Below, in pieces: positions 51,651 to 64,000 of a DNA stretch of 64,000 nt. The notes beneath the pieces are model-generated. The model saw only the letters and a list, made by a program, of their open reading frames with translations, made no database searches and was not told where the DNA came from. The position numbers were made by a program, and so were the translations under genes. Origin of the DNA: Camelus dromedarius (Eukaryota); contig NC_087447.1 in assembly GCF_036321535.1 (NCBI RefSeq), forward strand, positions 36,024,001 to 36,088,000, read 5' to 3'. Each line of letters opens with the position of its first letter. The first letter of the stretch is position 1.

Positions 51651-52509
51651 TACAGTTAGATTTAGTATAATTTTTAAATTGCTATTGCCTCAATATGAGT
51701 AAAGCTAAGCATCTTTACTTTTTGTGAACTTCTTATTCCAACTCTTTGTCCATTTTTTCCATAGGGTTGTTTCTCTTTACAGGCTTTATATTATGTATTA
51801 GTAAAATTAGCTCTTTCTCTGTGATATGAATAGCAAATATTTTCCCCAGTTTATTGTTTTTCCGTTGACATTTCTAATAGTTATTTTACTTTACTTTTCA
51901 GCACCTAGAACAGTGCCTGGTGCATGGTATACACCCAGTGACTATTGAAGAAATGAATAAATTTAGTGGTGCTTGTTTGCCAAACAAAAGTTATTTTTTT
52001 AAATGCTTATGTCCTTGAATATTCTCTCATGGCTTGTAGGTTTTGAATCATATTATGGCAGCCTTCTTTATGCTGGAGGTTACATAGGGACTCAATATTT
52101 TCTTTTGGCTTTATGATTCTATTTTTTTATACTTAAATATTTAATCATTTTCTAATTTATCCTATGTGGTCAATTGTAAACACATTTCTCTATGAAATGT
52201 TAACCGTTTTCTAATTATAAAAGATTAATTGGAAATTATAAACTTTGAAAATACAAAAAAATTACAAAGGATGATAAAAACTGGCCTGAGTTAAAAGGCC
52301 ATATATCAGCTATGGAACTTAAAAAAATAAAATTTTATTCTCCTGAAAAATAACTAATTGGCAGTTGAGATATTTTATTGACTTGAGAGGAGAGGTAACT
52401 TTGGGGAAGATAAATTTTTCCTTACCATCTAGAAGATAATAATGCTTGTTCACATGTTTTTTGTTCCTTTTCTCATAAATCATAACCTTGTGTTGTCCAC
52501 TGACTTGTT

Positions 52510-52795
52510 GTCCTTTGGCTGTTGAGCACTTGATATGCGGCTAGTCTAAGTTGAAACGTGGTAAGTGTAAAATATATACCAGATTTTGAATACTTAGTAT
52601 AAAAAAATGAAAGTAAAGTATCCAATTCATATTGTTATATTGATTATCTATTGAAATGATACTATTTTGGATATACTGGACTAGGTAAAGTTTATTATTA
52701 AAATTAATTTCATCTGTTTCTTTTTTATTAATGTAGCTGTAAAAACTTTTAATTCCGTATGTGACTTGCGTTCTGTTTCTGTTGAATAATGCTAT
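52510..52795. mobile_element. MER33-like hAT-Charlie MITE
   Basis: gtaagtgtaaaatatataccagattttgaatacttagt...ttattaaaattaatttcatctgtttc. Confidence 0.7.
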
Positions 52796-54669
52796 TCTAA
52801 CCTAATCCAACACCTGGGCATTCTTCTTTTTTGTCTTTTGCAAAAATTTGTATAGTGCCTAATACCAAAGTACTTGGGGTATTTTTGGTTTGTTTTTTTG
52901 GTCACGAGTGTTTTTCCCCTTCATGAATCAGTAAAGATAGAAGAAGGTTATCTTCTGTAATGGAGTTGTTTTTTTTTTTTTAAGCACAAATGAAGCATCT
53001 CCCATTTTTAGTTTTCTGGTGCCATCTCTAGCCCTCCTAGTTTTAAAGATAATTTTTCTTCCACCACTTGTTTATTCTAAACTCAACCACATGATTTTCC
53101 CATTTTAGTTGAATTAGTAATAAATGACTCCTTTAGTCTGTTTTTGGTTTTAGAATTTGTGCTCCTTTTTGATAAAAAGAATGGTGTCTTGAGTTTTGTA
53201 GTCAATGGTGCTTTCATTCAACAGCTATAGTAGAAATTTGAGAGTAGAGGATGAATAAAATAAGAATTTGTGCCCTCAATAAAATTATAAATTTGCTACT
53301 GAGCTGGTGGTAATAAATTGGTACATGTTACAGCTAAATAGCAGTATTAATTAGTTCATGATAGAATTAAAAGAAATAATTTATTACTACAGAAAGAAAG
53401 AACTCTAGGATTGGGGAAGAAAGTTGGTATTTATAAAGGATAAGATATGTCTAGACACTTACTGACTCCAGATAACTGTTAACATGAAAATATATCCTAG
53501 TGAGTTAGCACTGCCTAGATTTGAGTCCTGATTTCACCACTTGCTAGCTGCTATGAGCTTGGGCAGATTATATAACTGATGTGCTTAAATTTCTTCATTT
53601 GTGTACTAGGGATAATAATAGTAACTACTTATTATAGGTCTTTGCATAAATAGAGGTATATAGATTTTTCTACAGTTTTAACAGCTGTTTTACTGCAGTC
53701 TTCATAATTTTATTTTTAATAGTGGCATAATATTCAATTCCAGGGAGCTACCATAATTTATTTTTCTTTGAGATTAATTTTGATTTTAAAGGAGAATGTT
53801 TGTATTATTGAACTCAAATAATTGTTTCTCCATTTTCTAGGTATCTTGAATTTTAAGATCAGAAAACATTTAAATGGGTAACAGGACTAACTTGTTTTGT
53901 TTTATTTTATTTTTTGAGATTTAAATTTAAATTGTAAATGAACGTCAAAAGAAGCCAAGAGCTTTTAAATTAATTCATTTGGGTCTGTAAACGGTATCCA
54001 AGGGTTTAGCTGAATAGTTTAATTGCCCTCTTTTGAAGAATTTTAAAGTAGCTACAGCCTTGTGATCTGCACTGGGTTACTTTATCTTGGGAAATTTTTG
54101 GCAGATGATATACAATCATCATTCAAAAACAAGTTATATTGTCCTTCCCAGCTTGAATTAGGGGAACATTAGTACTGAAGTTTTCATTTTGAATTAGCAT
54201 GTTGGAAATTATTTCCTGCTAAATGTTTGTCATCAAGTGAAGTTTATTTTTGAAAATTAATGGAGTATGTCAGTGCAGCAGCCTTAGAAAAATAGCTGAA
54301 GCACAGGGTTACTTTTGGACAACCTGTTAAGTCTTTTGTTATCATTTGAGTATACATGCATAATAATCTTTTGGAAAACTAAAATATGGTGATTTAGCTG
54401 CTAACAGACATCTGTTACTGCTTAGAGTCGAATTTACATTAGCATATACTGCTTTGGGTTGGAATTAGGGATAGAGCAAACAAATGAATTGATGATATTA
54501 AAATACTGTTAAAATATATTTTAACCTATTAATTTTATACCTTAGTCAATAAGTAAAAGATAATATTAATTTGAAATACTTGGAATAAGAGTCTGTTCTC
54601 CATTGAATTAAGTGTATCTCAGATGCACTTTAAAAAATTCCAGATTCCCCTTTGACAAAAATATCCTAT

Positions 54670-55590
54670 TGTTAGTGGATAGAGGGACCCCTAAATTAGG
54701 AAGCCCACCAAAGTGTGGGTCCTTGCCACCGATTGTGAAAGAATTCGCACAGCAGAGGCAGAGAAACAAAGTGAACAGCCACTTTGTTGCTCAGAAGGGG
54801 AAAAGGAAGGAAAGCGCTTGAGAGAGGAAAAAGCACTACAGCAGGGAGCTGTCAGCCAGGATGGCCAGTAGAGGCAGCTCTGGCTCAGCTGGGGCTCAGA
54901 CCACATGGATTTTTATGAGAGGCTTCTGCTGTCATGTCCTTCTTCCAGGTATGATGGAGCCAATCATTCTTTGTACAGGCTTTTCTGGTTGTTGCCATGG
55001 CAATTGTCTTCTGCCTTGGCGCTGGGTGTATCATTTAGCATGCTAATACATTACAGTCAGCTTATAATGAAGCTCAAGGTCCACTGGAAGATGAATCCTC
55101 CATCATCTTGGGCTCTGTTGGTTCTAACCAGTTCTTGTTTCTTATTGCAGCTGCCTCCTGAGACTTAGATAAGAGTAATTGGTTTCTAGTCAAGGGAGGG
55201 GCCAGGGGTATAATCCTGGAAGCAACAGCCTTGGTAACCAAAAAAGGTTGCTTTTAATCAGAATGCCAGACCCAGTGTTCCCCCTCAAACCTTTCTGCAC
55301 TTTCTGCTCAGCCATAAACAAGAGGCAGGTGTTGGGAGGCTTAGTTCCTGCAGAAGATATTAAAGTTATTATTATGTATATTCCTTGAGGAAGAACCAGG
55401 ACCCTGCCCTAGGACTGTTCCTCCCTTGTTACTGCATTCCCTTCCTTCCCTGACTAGCAACTGTTTGAATCTACCCTTTGAAACTCAGGGAAGGTCAAGG
55501 AGGCTTCATGAAGCCTACTTCCCACAAAAGAGAAATGGACAACAGAAAGGATTTGTATCAGGGAGGCCCACAGGGTCCTGCCCCCTTTCA
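54670..55590 (-). mobile_element. ERV1-type solo LTR (921 bp)
   Basis: TG...CA termini with 4-bp TSD CTAT (54666-54669 and 55591-55594). It shares aatgaagctcaaggtc(c/t)actggaag with the LTR at 6236-6769; orientation is inferred from that homology. Confidence 0.85.
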
Positions 55591-55999
55591 CTATCATTAG
55601 TAAAATATGGTAGCCAGGAGAATACTTAAATTACAAATTAGCATTATGCTTGTGGAAGATGAATTGCAGTTCATTATCTTTATCTTTTAGGAAAATGTTT
55701 TGTTTTAATCCACTTGATTTTGTGAAAAATAGTCAATGTGTTGTGTTGTTCAGTAACAGGTAATAACAGTTGATTCATTTCTCGCATCATATGTCCGTAC
55801 TCTTGTGCCATCTGAAATCCCTTCTCTAAGACACTCTACTAGCCCTCATTCCTTCTTGTAAAACACATGTTCATTCAACTAAATTCCATATTTATTAAGC
55901 AGGATGCTTTTAAATGTGGAGGAAAAAAATGAACAAAGTTGACTTCTGCACTAAAGAAGCTTATTCTAGTCTTTTGGGTAGACATACAGGTTACAGATT

Positions 56000-56500
56000 C
56001 TGTGTTAAATCAAAAATACTCTTGGGTTTTCATTGGCAGAAAATAATTTTAAACTGGCTTAAGCAAGAAGGGGGATTTATTGGCTTACATAAATGAAAAG
56101 ACTGGCCTTGCACATGGGTTGGATCCATGTTTAATGTAATATCTAGAATCCACCTCATTTCATTTATCTTAGTTTTCTTCTGGCTTGGATTCATTCTCAG
56201 GCGGTATCCTGTCAAGTGGTGGCAAAGACAGACAAAACAGTGTCAGACTTACATCCAGTCAGCTTGGCAACTGCAATGATAAGCTTCCTTTCCAAATAGT
56301 TCTAGAAATACTGTAGTTAACTCTGATGGCCAGACTTGGATCTTCAGGGGTGTTGGGGGTGGAGATAGGGTGAGGGAAGGGAGAAGGATGGTCCAACCTA
56401 ATTTGAAGTAGGTAGAACAAAAGGGAGATAAATAGTTTCCAAAAAGGAAGTTATATATTCTACTACCAGAAGAAAGGATGCTGAGTAGGCAAAAACAGCA
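56000..56500 (-). mobile_element. old MaLR LTR (MLT1J/K-like)
   Basis: aaactggcttaagcaagaagggatttattggcttacat...aaggatgctgagtaggcaaaa. Confidence 0.6.
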
Positions 56501-57034
56501 TAACATCTACAAAAATAAAGATGATTAACTTTAGTTGAGTTTAAAAAAAAAATGAATTCTGATAGAAGCTCCTTAAGAAAAGCTTCAGATAGGAGACAGT
56601 ATTTGAATTGGGCCCTGAAGGACAAGTAGAGTTTTCCAAGGCAGACTGGGTAAAGAAAAGACTTTCTAGGTCATTCATTTGAGAAGTTTGGCAGTGAAAG
56701 AAGAAAATTAAAATAAAAGCTGCTGGAGCCTAAAGGGGAATGTTAAGATTTTTTTCCCCTCAGTATGGAGAAAACTTGAGCATTTTTATGGCAGAGGAGC
56801 GGTAACAAGTAAGGGAGAAATTAATAATGCAAAAGAGGCAATCATTGATGAAGAAGGGAAATTCAGGGATTAAAGATATAAGTGGAAAGGCATCTTTAGA
56901 AAGGAAAAAGGGAACTCTTCATTCTCTGAGGCCAGGTGAAGGAAGATAGTGGCAGTGACTGTGGAGGTTAAAACGAATTTGCTGTTAAAGAGGTAAATGA
57001 CTTCAGTTTTGTTTTCTAAAAGTAAGAAGAAAAG

Positions 57035-57510
57035 GTTTATCAGTTGCCTGTTGCTATGTAACAGATCATTCCAAAATGATTTTGTAGGTTAGCAGTTTGG
57101 CTTGAATTCAGGCTGGGTGGCTTCTTCTGCTGGTCTTGCCATGGGTCACTCATGTGACTGTGGTCATCTCAGCTGTGGATGGATGATCTAGGATGGTGGC
57201 TGCACTCACATATTTGGTGGTTGATGCTGGCTGTTGGCTGAACCTCTCTCTCTTTGTGCTCTCTTATCCTCTGTGAGCATTCACATGGCAGTGACTGCAC
57301 TCAGGAAAGGAAGAGATGAAGCAGTAAGGCCTCTTATGATAGGCTTAGAACTCCCACAGTGCCACTTCTTTCACATTCTGTTGGTCAAAGCAAGTCACAA
57401 GGCCAGCTCAGATCAAGTAGAGAACTAGACACACCTGTTTATGGGAGGAGCAACAAAGTCACATTGCAAAGGGAAGTGTGTACTGGAATGGGAGGAATGT
57501 GTGCCCATTC
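57035..57510 (-). mobile_element. MaLR LTR (MLT1-like)
   Basis: cacattctgttggtcaaagcaagtcacaaggccagctcagat is the antisense MLT1 motif. Confidence 0.75.
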
Positions 57511-59328
57511 CTCCCCATCCAACATTTTATTCTGAAAATTTTCAGTCTTGAGGCCAAATTGAAAGAATTTCAAAGTGAATACCTATATTCCACCACCTAG
57601 ATTCTACTATTAACATTTTCCTGTACTTGCTTTATCACGTACTTATCCATCTGTCATTTCTCTGTTATTTCTCTTATTTTTTGGATGCATTTCAAAATAA
57701 GTTGTAGACATTAGTATTTTCCTCTAGGTACTTCATGCATATTTAGCAAGAGTCAGTATGTAGTTTTTTTCTTTTGATAAATTGTTTACATGCAATGAAG
57801 TGTACAAACTTTTAAGTGTACACCATGCCTAGTTTTGCAGTCTACTAGGTAGTAGAAGGGAAAAATTGGAATAACTTTTCAGTGAAATGCCTCAGAAAGT
57901 CAACTGTAGTTGTGTAAAAAGAATTGCAAAAAAAGTTTTTCTTGAATACCCCTTTCTTCATGTCCTCATCATTAATAATTTTTAAATTTAGTATTACCTC
58001 AACATTTAGGATTCTCATTTGTGTTACATTAGTTTGATTTTATTTTGAGCATTTCTCTACCTCCTTTCATTAAGCATTTATTGAGCACATACTATAGATC
58101 AGCACTATTACAAAAAAGGATGTAAACAGGAGCTCTCTTGCATTAACAGGTATTCAAACTAGATTTGTCTCAAACCAGATTAGATTAATAATAGATGCCA
58201 TTCATTTAATGCTTATGCTTAAGGTTACTGATAGGCACTTAAAGTTACACTGTTTCATTTAATCCTCTGTAATTTAGGGGATAGGTACTTTTTCATACTT
58301 TAAAAGTTAGTGAACTAAGGCATATGGAAAAGTTTTCACTTGTTCAAGGGTTTACAGCTTCATAAATCAAAGTGGTATGACTACAGAACCCATATTTAAT
58401 CCCTGTATCATTGATTAGAAGCAGGAAATGTGTTCTTTGTTACACAGTAGATAACTAACCCTTTAATTGGTCATCTTGCTTCATAGGATAATCTTGATGT
58501 GAATTAAATGTTTATTTTAAATAGAGGAATATAAATGTTTATTAACTGATCTATGAGAGAGTTTAATAAACTATCTTCTAGTTTATGAATAGATATTTTA
58601 GCAATTTGAAAAGGAGAAATTTTAGTATTACTAGCTGTTGATTTAACTGTATATAATCAAAATAGAAGTGATAAATTCAGCCATAATTTGACCTTTGAGT
58701 AGAGCATTACAGCTTCTTATAGACTTAACACTTTTGTCTTATTTTTCTAATATATGTTACAGTATACCTTGTAAAAATTTCTGGACTATTACAAGTCTTT
58801 AATCAGTTTTTCATATGATGTTTTGATAAAATAATAGTTACTTGATTGTATTGTCTAGGTGTTGAATTTATTGCTAATTTGCTTTTGAGCAATTTAACAA
58901 ATAGCAAAAGATTTAAACTGTTTTGACTTGCTGTTTGCGTAACAGTAAACCCTGTCTGAACTCTTGAAAATATGTGACTAGCACTTAAGCCCTTTCATGC
59001 TAAGAATTCTGCCAGAAGTGCCACTGGTTAATAGCAGCCATTGTGACAGATGAAGTGAAAGCTGCTTGAGTTCATTTACTGTGTTAGCTTTCCTATTAGG
59101 TCAGGGAATGGGGTAAAGTCATGTATGTAGAAACATCTCTGTTAACCCAACAGTGTATAAGATGTTTTAAAAGTGTTCCTTAACCCAGATTTACCCCAAC
59201 TGTTCATTTTATTTTAGTGGTGTATTTGTAAGTGGCATTAAATCCTAAATCATATGAACTAGGTTACAAATGAAATAAACTTGTGCTTTAAAAGTCTAAT
59301 TGAGTGTTATGTTTATTTTTATGTATAG

Positions 59329-60465
59329 GTTTTGCTATTTTGGAAGCTACAAGAAAAAAAATAGATTGGGGAAGGTTTTGTCCTTTAAGTGGACATGGCT
59401 CAGATATCCAGCAACAGTGGATTTAAGCAGTGCTCATCTTCGCATCCGGAACCAACAAGAATAAAAGATGTGGACAAAGAAGAAGCATTACAGATGGAAG
59501 CAGAGGCTTTAGCAAAACTGCAAAAGGACAGACGAGTGACTGATAATCAGAGAGGCTTTGAGTTGTCAAACAGCACCAGACAAAAAGCACAAGTTTATAA
59601 CAAACAGGATTATGATCTCATGGTGTTTCCTGAAGCAGATACCCAAAAAAGAGCAGTAGATATTGATGTAGAAAAACTCACCCAAGCTGAACTTGAGAAA
59701 CTATTGCTGGATGACAGTTTTGAGACTAGGAAAACACCTGTTTTGCCAGTTACTCCTATTCTGAGCCCATCATTTTCAGCACAGCTCTATCTTAGACCTA
59801 CTGTTCAGAGAGGACAGTGGCCACCTGGATTATCTGGGCCTTCCAGTTATACTTTACCTTCTATTTATCAGTCAAGTTACAGTAGTAAACAGACTGCATT
59901 CCAAAATGGCTTCAATCCAAGAATGCCTACTTTTCCATCCACAGAACCTATATATTTAAGTCTTCCAGGACAGTCTCCATATTTTTCATATCCTTTGACA
60001 CCCGCCACACCCTTTCATCCACAAGGAAGCTTGCCTATCTATCGTCCAGTAGTCAGTCCTGACATGGCAAAGCTGTTTGACAAAATAGCTAGTACATCAG
60101 AGTTCTTAAAAAATGGAAAAGCAAGGACTGATTTGGAGATAAATTCAAAAGCAACAATCAGCAATCTTCAGGTATCTCCAAAGTCTGAAGATATCAGTAA
60201 ATTTGACTGGTTAGACTTGGATCCTCTAAGTAAGCCTAAGGTGGACAATGTGGAGGTACTGGACCATGAGGAAGAGAAAAATGTACCAGGTTTGCTAGCA
60301 GACGATCCTTGGGATGCTGTTCTTCTTGAAGAGAGATCACCAGCAAGTTGTCACCTTGAAAGAAAGCTGAATGGAAAATCTCTTTCTGGGGCAACAGTAA
60401 CAAGAAGCCAGTCTTTAAATATTCGAACAACTCAGCTCACAAAAGTCCAGGGCCAAATATCTCAG
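59329..60465 (+). other. PIK3C2A: PIK3C2A exon 2 (1137 nt; 66 nt of 5'UTR plus coding)
   Basis: Acceptor tttatttttatgtatAG|G at 59327-59328, branch-point-like CTAAT at 59296-59300, donor GT at 60466-60467. Confidence 0.88.
59395..60465 (+). CDS. PIK3C2A: PI3-kinase class II alpha, first coding exon (N-terminal 357 aa; partial CDS, continues beyond the window)
   Basis: The translation [45 protein letters not shown]...[12 protein letters not shown] matches the recalled human PI3K-C2alpha N-terminus. The ATG lies in gacATGG context with an in-frame TAA at 59386-59388, so the ORF track's GTG start at 59389 is not the start. The clathrin box LLLDD is at codons 103-107 (59701-59715). The exon ends at a phase-0 donor CAG|GTATAG. 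Confidence 0.97.
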
Positions 60466-61699
60466 GTATAGTCTTTTCGTACTAACGTCTTAAACCTAGT
60501 AGTATAACACAGAATTTGTATTTGTGTACATAATTTATTAGGTAAAAGAAATATTTTTCATTTTGAATCATTTTCTTTATTCTTAAGTATAGTGTGAATC
60601 CTAGATTATATGGTACAGGATTAAATGTTTAGGCCAATCGAAAAATCGCTTGCTATTAGTATTTTCTAGGATTATACATTTAAAAACCTACAAGGATCCA
60701 ACTGTCACTGATATTTTAAGATAGTTTTTATCTGTCTCTCAGTGTCTACTCATTTTATGTGGTCCTGCTTTCTCTTCCATATAGCCTTTATTTTTCAGGG
60801 TAAGGAATTTTGGCTTTTAACCCCATTTTAGAAGTTCTCATGTCTACTGTTTTGTTGTTCTAACCATGAGGGAGGAAGGAAGGAAAACCCCAGAGAGATG
60901 GGAGAAAAGCCGTTTAAAGGACCCTCTTTAACACCTATATTGATAAGAGTGAAGAACAGCACTACAGTCTATGCGGTAAAGTTGCTGAGTCTTACTATCT
61001 GGAGACATTACGTCAGGGTGCCTGGGACAGGATGTCTTGTCCCAGAAGAGAGGCAGCAGGGCTTAGACTTTTCCTTTCCATTTGTAGTACACCACTGAAG
61101 ATTTGTATTTTGCGTTTATAATTGTGGATTCTAGGAATGTTTAAGGCTCATTCTCAACCTTAACGTGAATTTTATCATTCAGTTAATTAGATCAGCACCT
61201 AGCTATCTTTAGGCACTGAGAATCAAGTATCATTTAGGGAAGGAGAAGCGAATATTGCATGGTTTGGATGGATTTATGTTGAATTGTTGATTTTAAAAAG
61301 CCATTTTGGATGTCTGGGGAGAGAGAAGCAGATATTAAGAAGGTTAAGAAAAAAGGATGAAGATTTTTTTGGATGACATGATCAGAATCCAGAAAAATCT
61401 TAACCAGTGTAGTATTTTCCAGATGTATTTTAACTACAGCTCACATAAGGAATACATGTTATTAAGTTCTCTTAAGCTTTTCAATACTGTTTATAAATTT
61501 CTTAACATCTTTCAACCTAAAAATCACAAGTTAATTTCACATTTTTAATTAGAATCATAAATATAATGTCAGATTATTTTGTCTAATTATTCCATGTCAT
61601 CTTGTCGTGGTTTTTGTTTTTACAAAATAACAATTGTTTCCTAAAGTATTTGAAAGGAGAAGGGAAAACTTTAAGCCAAGAATAATTTAAAAAGGGAGT

Positions 61700-62495
61700 G
61701 GGGGATATACCTAGGAGTGGAGTTGCTGATAATTAATTCTACATCAAGCTGTTTTCATAGTGACTATACCATTCTACATTCCCCTCAGCGATGTGTGAGA
61801 GTTCTAGTTTTTCCACATCCATGTCAGCACTTGTTATTTTCCATTTTTTTGGATTATAGCCATTCTAATGGATGTGAAGTGGTATCTCATTGTAGTTTTG
61901 ACATGCGTTTCCCTGATGATTAATGATTTTGATATCTTTTCATATGCTTATTGGCTGTTTCTGTACCTTCTAAAAAAAATGTCTTAAAGTCATTTGCCCA
62001 TTTAAAAAATTGGATTGTCCATAGCAGTTTTATTCATAATAGCCAAAAAATGGAACAACCCAAATGTCCATCAGCTGATAAATGGGTAAGCAAAAGTGTT
62101 ATGTCCATACAATGGGACATTTTTCACCCATACAAAGGAATGAAGTCCTGATATATGCTACAACATGGATGACCCTTGAAAACATTATGAATAAGAGAAG
62201 CTGGACACACAAAAAGTGTATGATTCAATTTATATATGTCCAGAAAAGGCAAATCCATAGAAAAAGAAAGCAGATTAGCGTTTGCCAGGGGATGGAGGGA
62301 ATGAGGAATGATTGCTTAATGGGTACGGGGATTTTTTGGGGGGCGGGGGATGATGAAAATGTTCTGGAATTAGAACATTTCAGTGTTCTTACCATAGTAG
62401 TGATTGATGGTCACATAACATTATGAATGTACTGAAAGCCAACAAATTGTACATTTTTAAAAGGTTAAAATGGCAGATTTATGTTCTGTGTATTT
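61700..62495 (+). mobile_element. L1 with 5' inversion (antisense 61700-~62017, sense ~62018-62495)
   Basis: Abrupt strand switch at ...aaaaattggattg|tccatagcagttttattcataatagcc. The two halves are neighbouring parts of the L1 consensus. Confidence 0.8.
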
Positions 62496-64000
62496 TACCC
62501 CCCCCTTTTTTTTTTTAAAGAAAAAAGGAAGGCACTGGTCTCCCTGATCCTACCATCCTGCTCAGGCCATGTTACTGTTGGATTCACATTTGGGTTAGTG
62601 TTCGAGTGAGAGATCCCTCCCGAACTGTGGGTCTCCTTTTTATGGATTTAGCATGAAGGCATGGTGTTTGACACCATGCAGTCTAGATTAGGGCTGTTAG
62701 CTGCTTATAGGAGTTGTTTGAGAAAGACAACTGCCTAGAACCTGGAGATCTCAGGAGATATGGAAAGTTGCAGTCTCTGCTATCAGAGAAAAAGAAGCAA
62801 GCCCCTGGTCCTTTAGCGAGCTGAGTTTAGGCTCAGCCCTTCCACTGGCAGAAGGCAGAGCCCCTGTTTGTCCAGGCAATGCAGTGTAAGCATCCAAGTC
62901 GCTTTCAAATAACCTTGCCCTTTCATCACACCTCCATATATATACACTTAGACACCTCCACAATGTATGTATGCATTGTAGCCATAATACATAGATTATC
63001 TTGAATTTAATAAAATATTTATAAATGAATCTGGTTTATTCCATTATCTCTATATGTCAAATTCTGACCTTCCCAGCACTGGGAAATCATTTATCCACTA
63101 AGGGGAAACAGAGTATTCCAGGTGAGCTAAGATTACCATTCCAGGTGAACTGTGGTTATCATCTTAACCAAGCTGAAGTTTGTGGGTTGACCAGAATTAT
63201 ATACTGTCCAATGATCCACGACTGGAACTCAGAACCCAAGAGCTACATGCTTTTTATCTATTCTGCAAATATTCAGTCTGAACTCTTTTTTTATAATCAC
63301 TGAGATGGTAGAGAGTTCCTAAAAATCCTTTGAGACCAGAGCGACCATACCTGTTTTACAGTTGAGGAAACTGAGATGTAAAGAAGTTAAGGAATTATTA
63401 ATTTTTTCATGTAATAATGGTATTGTAGTTAGTTAAATGAACTCATATTTTAGAGTTATTAAGGTGATAACCATAGTTATCTAATCTGACTAACTTTTGT
63501 TTCATGGATGAAGAAACTCAGATTCAGAAAGTGACTTATCTCCAATTAGTATTTTCTTCATTTTCTTTGCAACTTTAAACTCCTAACATAGAATGCCAGT
63601 GCTTTCACTATAAAACACCACTGCTTTCCCTCTTGCAATCTGTAGTTTAGACTGGTTACTTCTGATTCAACTCATGTTTTCTCCACCTTTTCCTTTGGTG
63701 GGGGCAGGGCTGTAATACTCATTTACATCCCTTTTATTATCTCTTTGTATACATCTTTTCCTACTCATTTTTAATATTTCTCACAGCACCATCTTTATTT
63801 TCCTTATTTGGGGTGTTTTCAGAAAGCATCTTGTAGGACTAATGAGGACTGGTAGTTTTCTAAAGATAGAAAAAAATTCCCCTAGCAGGGTCTGGGGAAT
63901 CAGATCACATGAGAGTTACAGGAAATTGCTAGTTGCTCAGATGCTAGGAATTAACTAGGCTCTGGGCAAGATGAGTTTTAGCAGGAACATGCTCTTATAT

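Larger units (their letters stand above)
37749..59328 (+). other. PIK3C2A: PIK3C2A intron 1 (21,580 bp)
   Basis: GT...AG between the inferred exon 1 donor and the exon 2 acceptor. AT-rich and repeat-filled. Confidence 0.72.

Noticed and set aside
59389..59394. ORF-track start 'MD' upstream of MAQISS
   Set aside because: It is a GTG codon. The conserved, Kozak-context ATG is at 59395.
60466..60471. Stop codon ending the 360-aa ORF
   Set aside because: GTATAG is the intron 2 donor, not a premature stop, so the gene is not a pseudogene.
1..64000. Prokaryote-style novel system (CRISPR array, operon, defence island) or NUCB2 coding exons
   Set aside because: The sequence is mammalian and repeat-dominated. 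No regularly spaced repeat-spacer array, gene cluster or NUCB2-like peptide was seen.

Overview
Mammalian genomic DNA, probably camelid (tRNA-derived SINEs resembling Vic-1, plus cetartiodactyl-type L1 3' ends). The window holds the 5' end of PIK3C2A (class II PI3-kinase alpha) on the + strand. Its parts are a CpG-island promoter (~37.1-38.4 kb), non-coding exon 1 ending at 37748, a 21.6-kb intron 1, the 1137-nt exon 2 (59329-60465, ATG 59395, 357 codons) and the start of intron 2. The 37 kb upstream has no recognisable coding exon. It is mostly L1, L2, MIR, MaLR/ERV LTRs, hAT MITEs and microsatellites. Apart from the exon 2 ORF, I see no support for the other supplied ORFs. There are no rRNA, true tRNA or CRISPR features, and I found no convincing new multi-gene system. 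The most notable observations are: a strong-Kozak uORF ending 1 nt before the exon 1 donor; a ~180-bp GC-rich fragment with an exon/intron boundary captured inside an L1; two short templated duplications; exon 2's circRNA-like architecture; solo LTRs with intact target-site duplications (TSDs), one with a near-perfect RFX X-box; and inverted L1 structures in the introns. Repeat family names come from recalled consensus sequences. Repeat boundaries are approximate unless a TSD is quoted.
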